This document shows, piece after piece, positions 29,603-38,879 of a DNA stretch of 64,000 bases. The notes under the pieces were generated by a model. That model did no database searches. It was not told the DNA's origin and saw nothing but the letters and a program-made list of their open reading frames with translations. The stretch spans positions 1-64,000 of the forward strand of contig CAYSBJ010000002.1 of NCBI GenBank assembly GCA_964429275.1, in the 5' to 3' direction. How positions within the stretch are numbered: the stretch's first letter is position 1; every line of letters begins with the position of its first letter. A program made the position numbers and the translations under genes. Origin of the DNA: an uncultured Pseudomonadota bacterium. GTDB lineage: Bacteria > Babelota > Babeliae > Babelales > JAUPTZ01.

Positions 29603-30631
29603 ATGAAACAATCGTCTCTCTTTCAGGATAAGTATCTTTACTTGGTGTGTAGTTTATTAGTGTTGTTGATTGCTGGATACTTGGCTATTCATGGTCGCTG
29701 GATCTTGCGCGAACCCTACGTCATAGTTATAACGAAAGATTCCCCATTTTTTAATGGAGTCTGTGAAGGGGTCAAGTCGATGCAAGCCCAGCAACGTGGG
29801 TGTAAGGTTACATTTAAATATGTTCCTGGTTGCGCAGACAGCGCTACTATTCAGCAAATTATTGAAGAAGTTATTAATGAACATCCTGACCTCATTATGC
29901 CGGTGGGAGTAACGCTATCTCAATTGTGTGTCAATCTAGTGAGTAAACGCCAATTGAACATACCGATAGTTTTCGCTGGTCCGGGAGACCCACTTAATCA
30001 AGGACTAGTTTCTGCGCTTGATGGTCGAGCTGAAGCTGTAACCGGAGTTTCTTTAGTTCCGCTTGATTATAATAAGCCTCCTGAGATGTTGTTAAGGTGT
30101 CGTCCTTTAGCAAAAAATGTATTACTTCCTTATTTTCCAAACGCAGCGGGGGGGTTGGTTGAACGATCTGCGGAGCTTGTTACACAATACTTAATAGGCC
30201 GGGGGTGCAAGGTCATGGCTTTACCTCTGTATTCATTATCTGATGCGCAAGAAAAGCTTAAGGGGTGCTTCGGCGAAGCTGATGTAGTAATGTATCTTGA
30301 GGGGTGCTTTTTATCTGACTCTTACACACTTTTAACAAAGCAATGTGATCAGTACAAAATTCCTTTGTTTGCAGGTGACATTCAGGCCGTTATTGGTGGT
30401 GCTGCTTTTGGATATGGCGTTTTTGCGCAGTCGATAGGAGAAGTTGCAATGCGAATGTCATATGACATTTTGGTGCATCGAAAAAAAACTGGAGATATAC
30501 CAGTGAAATTTATGCATGAATCGCGGAAAGTCGCATTAAATCTTGATGCAGCAGAAAAGCAGGGCCTTGCAATAACACCGGAGCTGCTAGCGTGGGTGGC
30601 AAAAGAAGGAGTGGTGTATCGTGGAAACTAA
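29603..30631 (+). CDS. PF04392-like substrate-binding protein B1 (N-terminal TM)
   Basis: IPIVFAGPGDP...GLV, VTGVS, GAAFGYG, NLDAAEKQGL. Confidence 0.8.
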   Translation: MKQSSLFQDKYLYLVCSLLVLLIAGYLAIHGRWILREPYVIVITKDSPFFNGVCEGVKSMQAQQRGCKVTFKYVPGCADSATIQQIIEEVINEHPDLIMPVGVTLSQLCVNLVSKRQLNIPIVFAGPGDPLNQGLVSALDGRAEAVTGVSLVPLDYNKPPEMLLRCRPLAKNVLLPYFPNAAGGLVERSAELVTQYLIGRGCKVMALPLYSLSDAQEKLKGCFGEADVVMYLEGCFLSDSYTLLTKQCDQYKIPLFAGDIQAVIGGAAFGYGVFAQSIGEVAMRMSYDILVHRKKTGDIPVKFMHESRKVALNLDAAEKQGLAITPELLAWVAKEGVVYRGN

Positions 30632-31592
30632 TGTAATGATTCCAAAGAAGCGAGCTGCTGTTTTGACCAAAAGGTTGGATTACCACACGCAGGTTTTGCA
30701 GGGATTTCTTGAAGAGCAAAAGGTACTGCAAAAAGAAGATGTGGTTGAGATCAATGTTATTTTTGTAGAACAGTTTGATTTTGAAAAAATTGCGGTAAAA
30801 GTTAATGAAATTATCGCATATAAGCCTGACATAGTGGTGCCGATTGGTGTTTTGTGTACACAGGCTATTGTGCATGCTTTTCGGGAGCGAAATATTGATA
30901 TTCCGGTGCATTTTTGCGGAGTTACCAATTATCAGGATATTGGTCTTCATGAATTATCTTCTGAGGGCAATCTTATTACTGGTGTTAGTCTTGGGTATGC
31001 TCCGTATCTTACTGCTGTTCGCGCATTGCTATGGGCCAAGCCGACAGCAAAATCAGTCTTAGTGCCATACAATCCTCTCAGCGAAGGTGGTTTGTTAACG
31101 ACGGCAGCTTATTCGATTCAAACGTTTTTGCGGTCGCGCGGTGTGTCAGCGGTATTATTAGCGCTCAAGCAGGGCGAGAATGTTGTTTCTGTGGTGCGCT
31201 CGAAGATAGGGTCAGTCGATGTTCTTATGGGCCTGGAGGGCTCTGAATTGGATTCTTATTCTGAAGAACTGATTTCTTTGTGTGAAGATCATACGGTTAC
31301 TTATTTTTCGTGCTCTCTAAAAGCGGTCCAAAAAGGTGCTGCTCTTGGTATGGTGAGTTTGCCACGACTTGTCGGTGTGGTTTCCTTTCGGCGAGTGTTG
31401 CAGATGTTAACTGGTGGTATTCGACCAGAGCATAAACGCATTATTTTGCTTAAGAATGAAGGTCGTCGTATGGCGTATAACCTTAAGGCTTTTGCGCGAC
31501 AAGGGCTTACTATGCCTGCAGCAAAGTTATATATGCTTGAGAATAGCGAGGTTGATGGTAACTTTTATCGCTTGATAGACAGTGAGGAATGA
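30621..31592 (+). CDS. PF04392-like protein C1 (no signal peptide)
   Basis: PDIVVPIG, IPVHFCGV, ITGVS, GAALG. Confidence 0.75.
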   Translation: METNVMIPKKRAAVLTKRLDYHTQVLQGFLEEQKVLQKEDVVEINVIFVEQFDFEKIAVKVNEIIAYKPDIVVPIGVLCTQAIVHAFRERNIDIPVHFCGVTNYQDIGLHELSSEGNLITGVSLGYAPYLTAVRALLWAKPTAKSVLVPYNPLSEGGLLTTAAYSIQTFLRSRGVSAVLLALKQGENVVSVVRSKIGSVDVLMGLEGSELDSYSEELISLCEDHTVTYFSCSLKAVQKGAALGMVSLPRLVGVVSFRRVLQMLTGGIRPEHKRIILLKNEGRRMAYNLKAFARQGLTMPAAKLYMLENSEVDGNFYRLIDSEE

Positions 31593-32557
31593 TGATGGAA
31601 AAACCGGTTATTAAAGAGTTTATGCTTCCTGAAGGGAAGCCGCGAGCTCCTCGCATTGCGCTTCTCTCTCGCGCTATGTTCCCGTATCACAGTCGTGTTA
31701 TGTCTGGATTTCTTCGTAAGGTAGAGGCATGCCCTGATTTGAATTGGCGTCCCATTGTCTTTTTTTGCAAAGAGCCTCGGGTGGATGTTATGCATGAACA
31801 AATGCAAGAAATCCGAAATGATGAGTATGACTTGGTTATCTCGATAGGCGCTTTGTATTCTTCGGTTGTTGCTGAGCATGTACGTGAAAAAAAGCTTACG
31901 ACGCCTTTTGTCTTTAGTGGTGTTACCGACCCTTTTCGTATTGGTATTTTACCAAAAGATGGATCCCAGGAAGGAATAACTGGTGTTGTGCGTGAGCAAG
32001 TTCCTTATACGTGGTTGGCAGACTTTTTGGTGATAATAAGGCGAAATATAAAGCGGGTTCTTATTCCTTATTACCAAAACTCTGAGCTGGGACATTTAGA
32101 AGAGCGGCTTCGTATGCTTGCCGATACGTTTGCAACGTATGACGTTCAAGTAGTATTGATGCCGGTCGGCACCGTTGATGACGTAGTGCCGAGTGTTTTG
32201 CGCCATATGGGTGTTATAGATACAGTTATCATACCCGAAGGTAGTTTCGTTGCTGATTTAACAGTGGCGATATCTAAACTATGTAAACAATACCATGTTA
32301 TGCTGGTTGTCCACACTATGGAGCAGAGTGCCGCAAGTATAGCCGTTACTTTTACGCAAGATATTGCGCAACTTGGTGAAGCATTATTTGATATTGCGGG
32401 GAAAATTTTAACTGATGGCAAAAAACCTTCAGAAATACCGATTTTAACGTTGCCAAACGACCGGAAAATTATTGTTGATGTGGAGGCGTGCGTTGAACAG
32501 GGGGTCGATCTTGACCCAATAGCGCTGTTTTGCCTCAATGAGAGCATTGTTATATAA
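31589..32557 (+). CDS. PF04392-like protein D1 (no signal peptide)
   Basis: DLVISIG, PFVFSGVTDP, GKKPSEIPI. Confidence 0.78.
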   Translation: MMMEKPVIKEFMLPEGKPRAPRIALLSRAMFPYHSRVMSGFLRKVEACPDLNWRPIVFFCKEPRVDVMHEQMQEIRNDEYDLVISIGALYSSVVAEHVREKKLTTPFVFSGVTDPFRIGILPKDGSQEGITGVVREQVPYTWLADFLVIIRRNIKRVLIPYYQNSELGHLEERLRMLADTFATYDVQVVLMPVGTVDDVVPSVLRHMGVIDTVIIPEGSFVADLTVAISKLCKQYHVMLVVHTMEQSAASIAVTFTQDIAQLGEALFDIAGKILTDGKKPSEIPILTLPNDRKIIVDVEACVEQGVDLDPIALFCLNESIVI

Positions 32558-32705
32558 GGGCTGTCCGAGAATTCAATGACTACACACTACTCGCGTAAAA
32601 AAAAATAGGTAAACGTTCGATGCTCAAAAAAAAAGCTGTTAGCACAGCAAAATCAAAAGTTTACCTATGTTTGAAAGAATACCAGATCTTATTATGATGT
32701 CCTTT

Positions 32706-32923
32706 TTTGAGAGCAATCTTACCGGTCGTTGCCCAGAAAAACAAGGAACTCCTCCTTGATTCCCGAAAAAAGCAGCCTCGCAGGATATGTTTCCCTGTGT
32801 CATTCGCCCAGTAGGAGCGGTTCTTGGAAGAATCGGGGGGCTTGAACAAGTAGAAATGCTGGTTACATAGTGCTTTTTGCCGGATTTGGGGGGTTGCAAA
32901 ACATGGTTTTTGGTATAGGCTAT
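32706..32923 (+). repeat. 218-bp identical direct repeat, copy 2
   Basis: Identical by eye to 28160-28377. Confidence 0.9.
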
Positions 32924-32988
32924 GTCGTACAACCATGGTTGTATTTGTAATCTTTTAGTTCAACACCAAACGAGTAAAAGGATGTATT

Positions 32989-34071
32989 ATGAAGTTAGTA
33001 CGAAGCGGATCCCTCCACTTCAATACAAAAGGCAAAGCGAAACACCTCGTTTCTTTCGAGGTTGCCGGATTTCGCGTGGAATTCGACGCTGAGAAACTTA
33101 AAGAGAATATTCAGGGCCCAATTGCATTCGTGTTTAATCAACACAATAATGCGTGGGCCCATGATTTTATGTGCGCATTTAAAAATGCAGTAGGCGATTG
33201 GATGGAAGATGGCAAAGCGCCGGACTTTGATCATATCTTAACTACTGAATCTGATAGTGAATTAGCGGCAAAGATAGTGAAACACCCGTTTTTTGCGAGA
33301 AATGCAAAGAAACGAGCGCTTCTTTTGACCGTTGGCAATGTGGCCAGTGCTGAGGTTTGCCGAATGCGGTACGCCTACAGCCGAAGCGATATTCCTCAAT
33401 TATTTTGTGTGACCGGTGACCCTGAAAAGCTCGAATTGACTTACGAAGGGCGTTTGTTGCCAAATACCAACGGCATCTACATGACCGGTGCTCGCACCGT
33501 TAAATCTCAGATCCGTTCTCTAAAGAGTGTAAGTAAAGTAGTAAAAACGGTAGCTATTGTATCTGGTGTACGCCATGGTTCCGACCTTGCATATGCAGAA
33601 ACAGAGGCCGAAGCGGAGAAATTGGCGATAGAATGTGCTAACAATGGCATGCGCAGTATTCGGCTACATCTTTCTGATGGCATGGATGTTCTAGGTGGCT
33701 TAACACCATTAGCGTCTCTTTTTGATGCAATTATTACGTTGCGTGATGATACAGTGTATTCGCTGGCAGGAGAAATATCTGCTTTCTGTGATAAAAACAA
33801 GATCGTTCACTTTGCATGCGACCTTTCCTCGGTTGCTCGTGGTGCGGCAATTGGTTTTGGTACATCAGCGGTTGCTCATGTGCCTGTTCTCATTGACTTT
33901 ATCCGCCGCAGTGCGTCGCTGCATAAGCCACTTCATCAGTTGGGGCTGGTCGTTGCGGAAGAGCAGGTGGTCATGCACAAGAACGTAAGCAGCATTCTTA
34001 AGCAAGTGCGCGATCTGACGGAAGAAAAGATTGACTTGCTGAGCATGCGAGATATTCAGGCAATTTATTAG
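32989..34071 (+). CDS. Divergent PF04392-like protein A2 (no signal peptide)
   Basis: Collinear with A1; shared QVRDLTEEK.DLL tail. Confidence 0.7.
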   Translation: MKLVRSGSLHFNTKGKAKHLVSFEVAGFRVEFDAEKLKENIQGPIAFVFNQHNNAWAHDFMCAFKNAVGDWMEDGKAPDFDHILTTESDSELAAKIVKHPFFARNAKKRALLLTVGNVASAEVCRMRYAYSRSDIPQLFCVTGDPEKLELTYEGRLLPNTNGIYMTGARTVKSQIRSLKSVSKVVKTVAIVSGVRHGSDLAYAETEAEAEKLAIECANNGMRSIRLHLSDGMDVLGGLTPLASLFDAIITLRDDTVYSLAGEISAFCDKNKIVHFACDLSSVARGAAIGFGTSAVAHVPVLIDFIRRSASLHKPLHQLGLVVAEEQVVMHKNVSSILKQVRDLTEEKIDLLSMRDIQAIY

Positions 34072-34137
34072 GGGCAAAAGAGGAGCGTTATTCTGTGGGG
34101 GCGCTCCTCTTTTCGCATAGTATGGGATGGGCGTGCT

Positions 34138-35151
34138 GTGAAGATACGAGTGAGTATTAATCGTGCCGTGTGGGTTGTTTTTTCCTTAGGAGCCTTGGCA
34201 GGTAGTTTTGGTTATTATATGTGGGTTCGTAAGTTTACCCACTCAAAGCCGCGTATTGCAGTTTTGACGAAAGACTCGCCATTTTTTAACCAGGTGTGCA
34301 ACGGCATTGAAGCAAGTGCTGCGGATTATTTTAAAAATGGTTGTGAGATTCGCTATTTCTATGGCAAGGGGACCGATAAAGTTATTTACCAGACCATGGT
34401 TGAAGAAGCTTTTATGAGTAAGCCAGATCTTATCGTGCCGGTTGGGGTAAGTTTTGCCCAGCTGTGTGTTGCCGCCGCTTGCAAGAGATGTACAGCAATA
34501 CCGGTTGTTTTTGCGGGGCCTGGTGAGCCGGTTGAGCAAGGGCTTGTTTCGTCGCTAGGAGCGCGGCAAGAGGCAATAACTGGAATTTCATTAACACCCG
34601 TTGATTACTTTGAGCCGGCTCGGTTATTGCTAGCGGCTAAGCCAACGGTGAAAAATATTTTGATCCCATATTTCCATGCAGCTTCGGCAGGAATATTGGA
34701 AGGAGTATCCATTAAACTGAAAGACTTTTTTAGTCAGCAGGGTGTCTTTGCAATTCCGTTGCCACTCAGGGATATTAATGAGGCGAAGGAGCTTATTGCG
34801 CCATTTATGAGCAGGGTGGACACAATTATGTGTCTTACGGGTGATACTATTGCGGAAGCAAATGACGTCCTTGTGAAGCTGTGTAATCAGCATAGTGTTA
34901 CTTTATTTGCCAAAGATATTGAGTGTGTTCGCGATGGAGCAGCCCTTGGGTATGGAGTTGAAGCTTCTTTGATCGGGAGAAAAGTTATGCAGCTTGCCGA
35001 TAGCGTGCTGAATAAGAAAATATACCCTGGCAGCATACCAATTCAGTTTGTGGATGGTGATCGCATGCTGGTGCTAAATCGAGAAGCAGCTGCGCTACAG
35101 AGAATAACTATTACGCCAGAATTGTTAGCACTGGCTCGGGAGGTGTTCTGA
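34138..35151 (+). CDS. PF04392-like substrate-binding protein B2 (N-terminal TM)
   Basis: TKDSPFFN shared with B1; IPVVFAGPGEP. Confidence 0.8.
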   Translation: MKIRVSINRAVWVVFSLGALAGSFGYYMWVRKFTHSKPRIAVLTKDSPFFNQVCNGIEASAADYFKNGCEIRYFYGKGTDKVIYQTMVEEAFMSKPDLIVPVGVSFAQLCVAAACKRCTAIPVVFAGPGEPVEQGLVSSLGARQEAITGISLTPVDYFEPARLLLAAKPTVKNILIPYFHAASAGILEGVSIKLKDFFSQQGVFAIPLPLRDINEAKELIAPFMSRVDTIMCLTGDTIAEANDVLVKLCNQHSVTLFAKDIECVRDGAALGYGVEASLIGRKVMQLADSVLNKKIYPGSIPIQFVDGDRMLVLNREAAALQRITITPELLALAREVF

Positions 35152-36194
35152 TGACACGAGAATTTTACGCTGCGGGCGCTAAGCAAATGCGTCAAGCAGA
35201 ATTGCGGCAAAAAAGCTTTGATATTGTGGTGTTTGCTCAAGAATCACCGGTTGAAAGTAGCTACTTGGATGGCTTTCTGAGTGAGTTGGCAACTAAAACA
35301 TCAGCGAAGCCAAGAATCGACCTTATTGCGCATAATATTAGCTGGATGAAGGCATACGCCGCTGCGACGGCAATTGTGGATACGTCTCCGCAGGCAATAA
35401 CAACAATTGGGCTGCTGTGCAGCCAGATGATGCGCCAGGTTCTGGATGAACGCAAGCTTGATATCCCGTTATTTTTCTTGGATGTGGAGCGCCCGGATCT
35501 TTTTGGTTTGCAGGCATCGGTGCAGCATGTACACGGATCCACTGGGGTGAGTAATGGACAGCCAATGGCTTTGGCTAGTGCACGGATGCTTTTGTTTGTG
35601 CGTCCTGACGTTAGGCATGTGGTATTACCGTTTAGCCTTACGGCGCATGGGGGGAACCTGGTGAATGCGGCGGCGTTAATCAAGCGTTTTTTTGAAGATA
35701 AAGGAGTCAAAGTCTCATTGGTGCCATTCCGCGCCACCGAGAGTCCTGTGCCGCGGACAATGCTATTTTTGGAGGCTGCGAGCGTTGTTATGTGCTTTGA
35801 AGGGTGCGATATCTTGGATTATAAAGAGATGCTCCTGGGTGAATGTAAAAGTCGCAATGTAATGGTTTTTGGTGGTGATATTGAAATGATTAAAGCGGGC
35901 GCTGCAGCTGGATTTGTTTTGGATCATAGAATAGCCGGAAAAGCTCTTGCAATACGTCTTTTTAAGCACTTGTGGCACGGTGTGCCAATGTTTTTGCTGC
36001 CGAATTCTATGCTTGGATCTAATGCACGGTGTTTAGCCATTAATCAAACGGTTGCTACTCAGTACGGTATAAGATTTGATGGTCCTCTTTATAAAATCCT
36101 TAAAAATGGCGTCATTTTTGGTACTGCGTCATTTGATGAAACAGGTATTGTAGAAGGTTTTGATATTCCAGAACGCGAGGAGATTGATCTATGA
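35151..36194 (+). CDS. PF04392-like protein C2 (no signal peptide)
   Basis: IPLFFLDV, TGVS, GAAAGF, LAINQ. Confidence 0.7.
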   Translation: MTREFYAAGAKQMRQAELRQKSFDIVVFAQESPVESSYLDGFLSELATKTSAKPRIDLIAHNISWMKAYAAATAIVDTSPQAITTIGLLCSQMMRQVLDERKLDIPLFFLDVERPDLFGLQASVQHVHGSTGVSNGQPMALASARMLLFVRPDVRHVVLPFSLTAHGGNLVNAAALIKRFFEDKGVKVSLVPFRATESPVPRTMLFLEAASVVMCFEGCDILDYKEMLLGECKSRNVMVFGGDIEMIKAGAAAGFVLDHRIAGKALAIRLFKHLWHGVPMFLLPNSMLGSNARCLAINQTVATQYGIRFDGPLYKILKNGVIFGTASFDETGIVEGFDIPEREEIDL

Positions 36195-37126
36195 CTACTC
36201 CCAAAAGAATTGCAGTGCTTACTCGGGCCCGGTTTTCGTATCATTTGCAGCTAGGATGGGGATTTTTGGAGGCCATGAATCAGTGTCTTGATGATGTTGA
36301 CTCATGGATGCCTATCATGTTTATGTGCCGTGAAGTGCTCCCTGAAGTTATGCATGAACAAATGAAAGAAGCTACCTCTGGCAAATACGACCTTATTGTT
36401 TCTTTTGGGGCTTTATGGACCGATGTTGCTGCGAAATTTATTCGTGAAAATAGCATTAAAACGCCACTCGTTTTTGGAGGGGTTACTGATCCCGTTGCAC
36501 TGGGTGTATTGCCTGAATTAAGGTCTACGAATCAGATCACCGGCATATATAGAACGCCAGCCTCATGGACGGAGGTTGCAGAAATGTTGCATTATATTAA
36601 GCCTTCGATGAAGCGCATCCTTATCCCCTTTCGTGAGCATGCTGAAAATGGCCTCATTAAAAAAGCTCTTGAAGAGGTGCGAGATCGCTATGCTGAAGCT
36701 GGAGTGGAATGCATTTTGTTTCCGGTGACAAAGTTTCGTATTTGCCCGGAAGAGATTTATACGCTTCTTTTATCGGTAGATACATTATGGTCGTTTGAGG
36801 GGGGCTTCCTGGATATCTTTAGCAGCTCGATGATTGAGATATGTAATATGCGCCATATTACTTTCTTTTCGAATAATGCGGCTCATATTGCGCAAGGCGC
36901 TGCACTGGTGTATGCCGCTCCTGACTTTAGCGTCATGGGAGAGGCGCTGCTGAAACAGATGTACCAAATTCTTGAGGAGGGCAAAAAGCCTGAAGAGGTC
37001 GATATCATCAAATTACCGGATGACCGGCGCATGATGGTGAACCTTGAAGCTGCAAAACTACAGGGACTTGACCTTGATAAAGTGCTCTTAATGGCCATGC
37101 GTAATGGGTTAATGATTATTAAATAG
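36191..37126 (+). CDS. PF04392-like protein D2 (no signal peptide)
   Basis: VMHEQM shared with D1; PLVFGGVTDP. Confidence 0.78.
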   Translation: MTTPKRIAVLTRARFSYHLQLGWGFLEAMNQCLDDVDSWMPIMFMCREVLPEVMHEQMKEATSGKYDLIVSFGALWTDVAAKFIRENSIKTPLVFGGVTDPVALGVLPELRSTNQITGIYRTPASWTEVAEMLHYIKPSMKRILIPFREHAENGLIKKALEEVRDRYAEAGVECILFPVTKFRICPEEIYTLLLSVDTLWSFEGGFLDIFSSSMIEICNMRHITFFSNNAAHIAQGAALVYAAPDFSVMGEALLKQMYQILEEGKKPEEVDIIKLPDDRRMMVNLEAAKLQGLDLDKVLLMAMRNGLMIIK

Positions 37127-37149
37127 CCTCTGTTGGTTGTGGGAATGCA

Positions 37150-38199
37150 ATGACTGAAAAGAAGAGTCTTTTTATAGGTTTTTTAATAACGTCTGTTGTG
37201 GGGCTGTTTGTCGGGCGTTATGTAGTGCCATACAAGGATCTAGTAATGACGCGTAAGCTCCGAAAGAATGTAGCAATTCTTACAAAGCCTTTTGAATACC
37301 ATCAGCAAGTTCTGCATGGTGCGTTAACTACGTTAGGCCTTGAGCAACGAGTGGATCTATTCCCTGATGTTTACACCGCGACTGGTGATCAAATCAGTGA
37401 GAAAAATATTGTTGAAGAGGCGCTGGCCGCAAAACCAGACCTTGTTCTTGCCATTGGTGCTGGCCTTGCTCAAGTGGCCAAAAACACCATTCAAAAGAGG
37501 CGTTTGCCAATTCCTCTGGTGTTTGCGGGAGCAACAGACCCGGTGGCCCTTGGATTGGTTGATTCAGTGGAAGTGCCGGGGTGCAATGTAACCGGCTCAA
37601 ACATGCTTCCGTATGATCGGGTGCTGATGGTGAAGTACCTTTTACTTCTGCTGCCGCACATAAGACGCATAGGGTTGCCATACACTGCTCAAACATCAAG
37701 TGTGGACATAGAGATCCATGCGCAGGAAATTAAGGAATACTGCGCCGCGCGTGGCGTTGAGGTTATATTGTTGCCTATTGATGTTCCAGAGGCCAATGGA
37801 CTTCAGTTGGTACAAGGGATTATTAATCAAATAGATGCGTTAATTTACCTTCCGGTATGTTACGTGTGCAAAATTGCCAGTGGTCTGGTGAAGTTGTGTG
37901 CTGAGCATCATGTTGTTTTGTGTGCGGGTGACGAGTCGGCTTTTGCCAACGATGAAGATGGTGCACCGTTTTCGTATGGGCCGCGCGCAGGGTTAACTGG
38001 AAAGTATGCCGCAGAGCAAGTCAAAAAAATTCTTGTTGAGGGACAGTCTGCTGCCAGGATGCCGGTTCAATATGTTGAACGTGGCTGTCGATTTGCGATC
38101 AATCTGAATGCGCTAAAAAAGCAAGATATTGCTATAAATCCAGATTTATTGCTACTTATTTCCCATGGTGAAGTTCTTAAGGACGGCGTTGAATGGTAA
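37150..38199 (+). CDS. PF04392-like substrate-binding protein E (N-terminal TM)
   Basis: IPLVFAGATDPVALGLVDS..PGCNVTG. Confidence 0.82.
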   Translation: MTEKKSLFIGFLITSVVGLFVGRYVVPYKDLVMTRKLRKNVAILTKPFEYHQQVLHGALTTLGLEQRVDLFPDVYTATGDQISEKNIVEEALAAKPDLVLAIGAGLAQVAKNTIQKRRLPIPLVFAGATDPVALGLVDSVEVPGCNVTGSNMLPYDRVLMVKYLLLLLPHIRRIGLPYTAQTSSVDIEIHAQEIKEYCAARGVEVILLPIDVPEANGLQLVQGIINQIDALIYLPVCYVCKIASGLVKLCAEHHVVLCAGDESAFANDEDGAPFSYGPRAGLTGKYAAEQVKKILVEGQSAARMPVQYVERGCRFAINLNALKKQDIAINPDLLLLISHGEVLKDGVEW

Positions 38200-38265
38200 A
38201 AGGCACTGTTGCATCCTATCCTTGAGGGGCCATTTCTTTGTATGAAAAACGGCTTATCAACCGTA

Positions 38266-38485
38266 TTATTCTAGCATCACGTGCGATTGATGCAACCTGC
38301 CGTCGCTAGCCTCATGGCTGGTTGTTATGCCAATTGCAGCCAAAAAGTCATAATCGTGTGAAATGACGAGCAACGCTCCCGGGTATTCTTTGAGCACTTC
38401 AATAATGTGTTGCCGCGTCTCCAGATCAAGATTATTGGTGACTTCATCCAGAATGAGGAGTTTGGGGGCGCGGGCGCCAATCAGT
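38266..38485 (-). pseudogene. C-terminal remnant of an ABC-F-type ATPase
   Basis: PKLLILDEVTNNLD...YPGALLVISHD without Walker A; truncated at a palindromic element. Confidence 0.75.
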
Positions 38486-38557
38486 GCTACGCTCGCAACC
38501 GCCTTCGATACTACGGTGTGTCTCGCCTTGGCCCCCAAAGGGGCGACGGCGGATGAC
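38486..38557 (-). repeat. Truncated CGTC element with nested modules A+B
   Basis: Reverse complement GTCA[tccgccgtcgcccctttgggggccaaggcgagaca caccgtagtatcgaaggcgg]TTGCGAGCGTAGC. Confidence 0.8.
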
Positions 38558-38879
38558 CCGCAAAGTGCGTCTTGAAAATTAACATTGACCCGTTATAACG
38601 CGTCTGCATAATAATGTTTTGTTGCTCAAAAGAACCTTTCGGGCGTTTTTTCATGCTTAAATATGAAATGTATCTGCGATAGCCTCGGGCCAGGGTACCC
38701 CAAGGAGCGAGTTCGGCTTTTTGCACAGCAAAAAACGCATGTTTGAGCGGGAGGGGCACCCCTGGTCGGGCGCAGCAGCCTTTATGGGTTCAATGCCACG
38801 GGGGGTCCTTTTGCTATTTTCCCCCTTCTATGCTACCTTTTCCCCCCGTTACCAGGAGTTTTAAAAAGGAGTCTGATCT

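Noticed and set aside
38560..38879. SRP RNA or LexA box upstream of uvrA
   Set aside because: No CAGG..GGAAGCAG SRP core and no convincing palindrome
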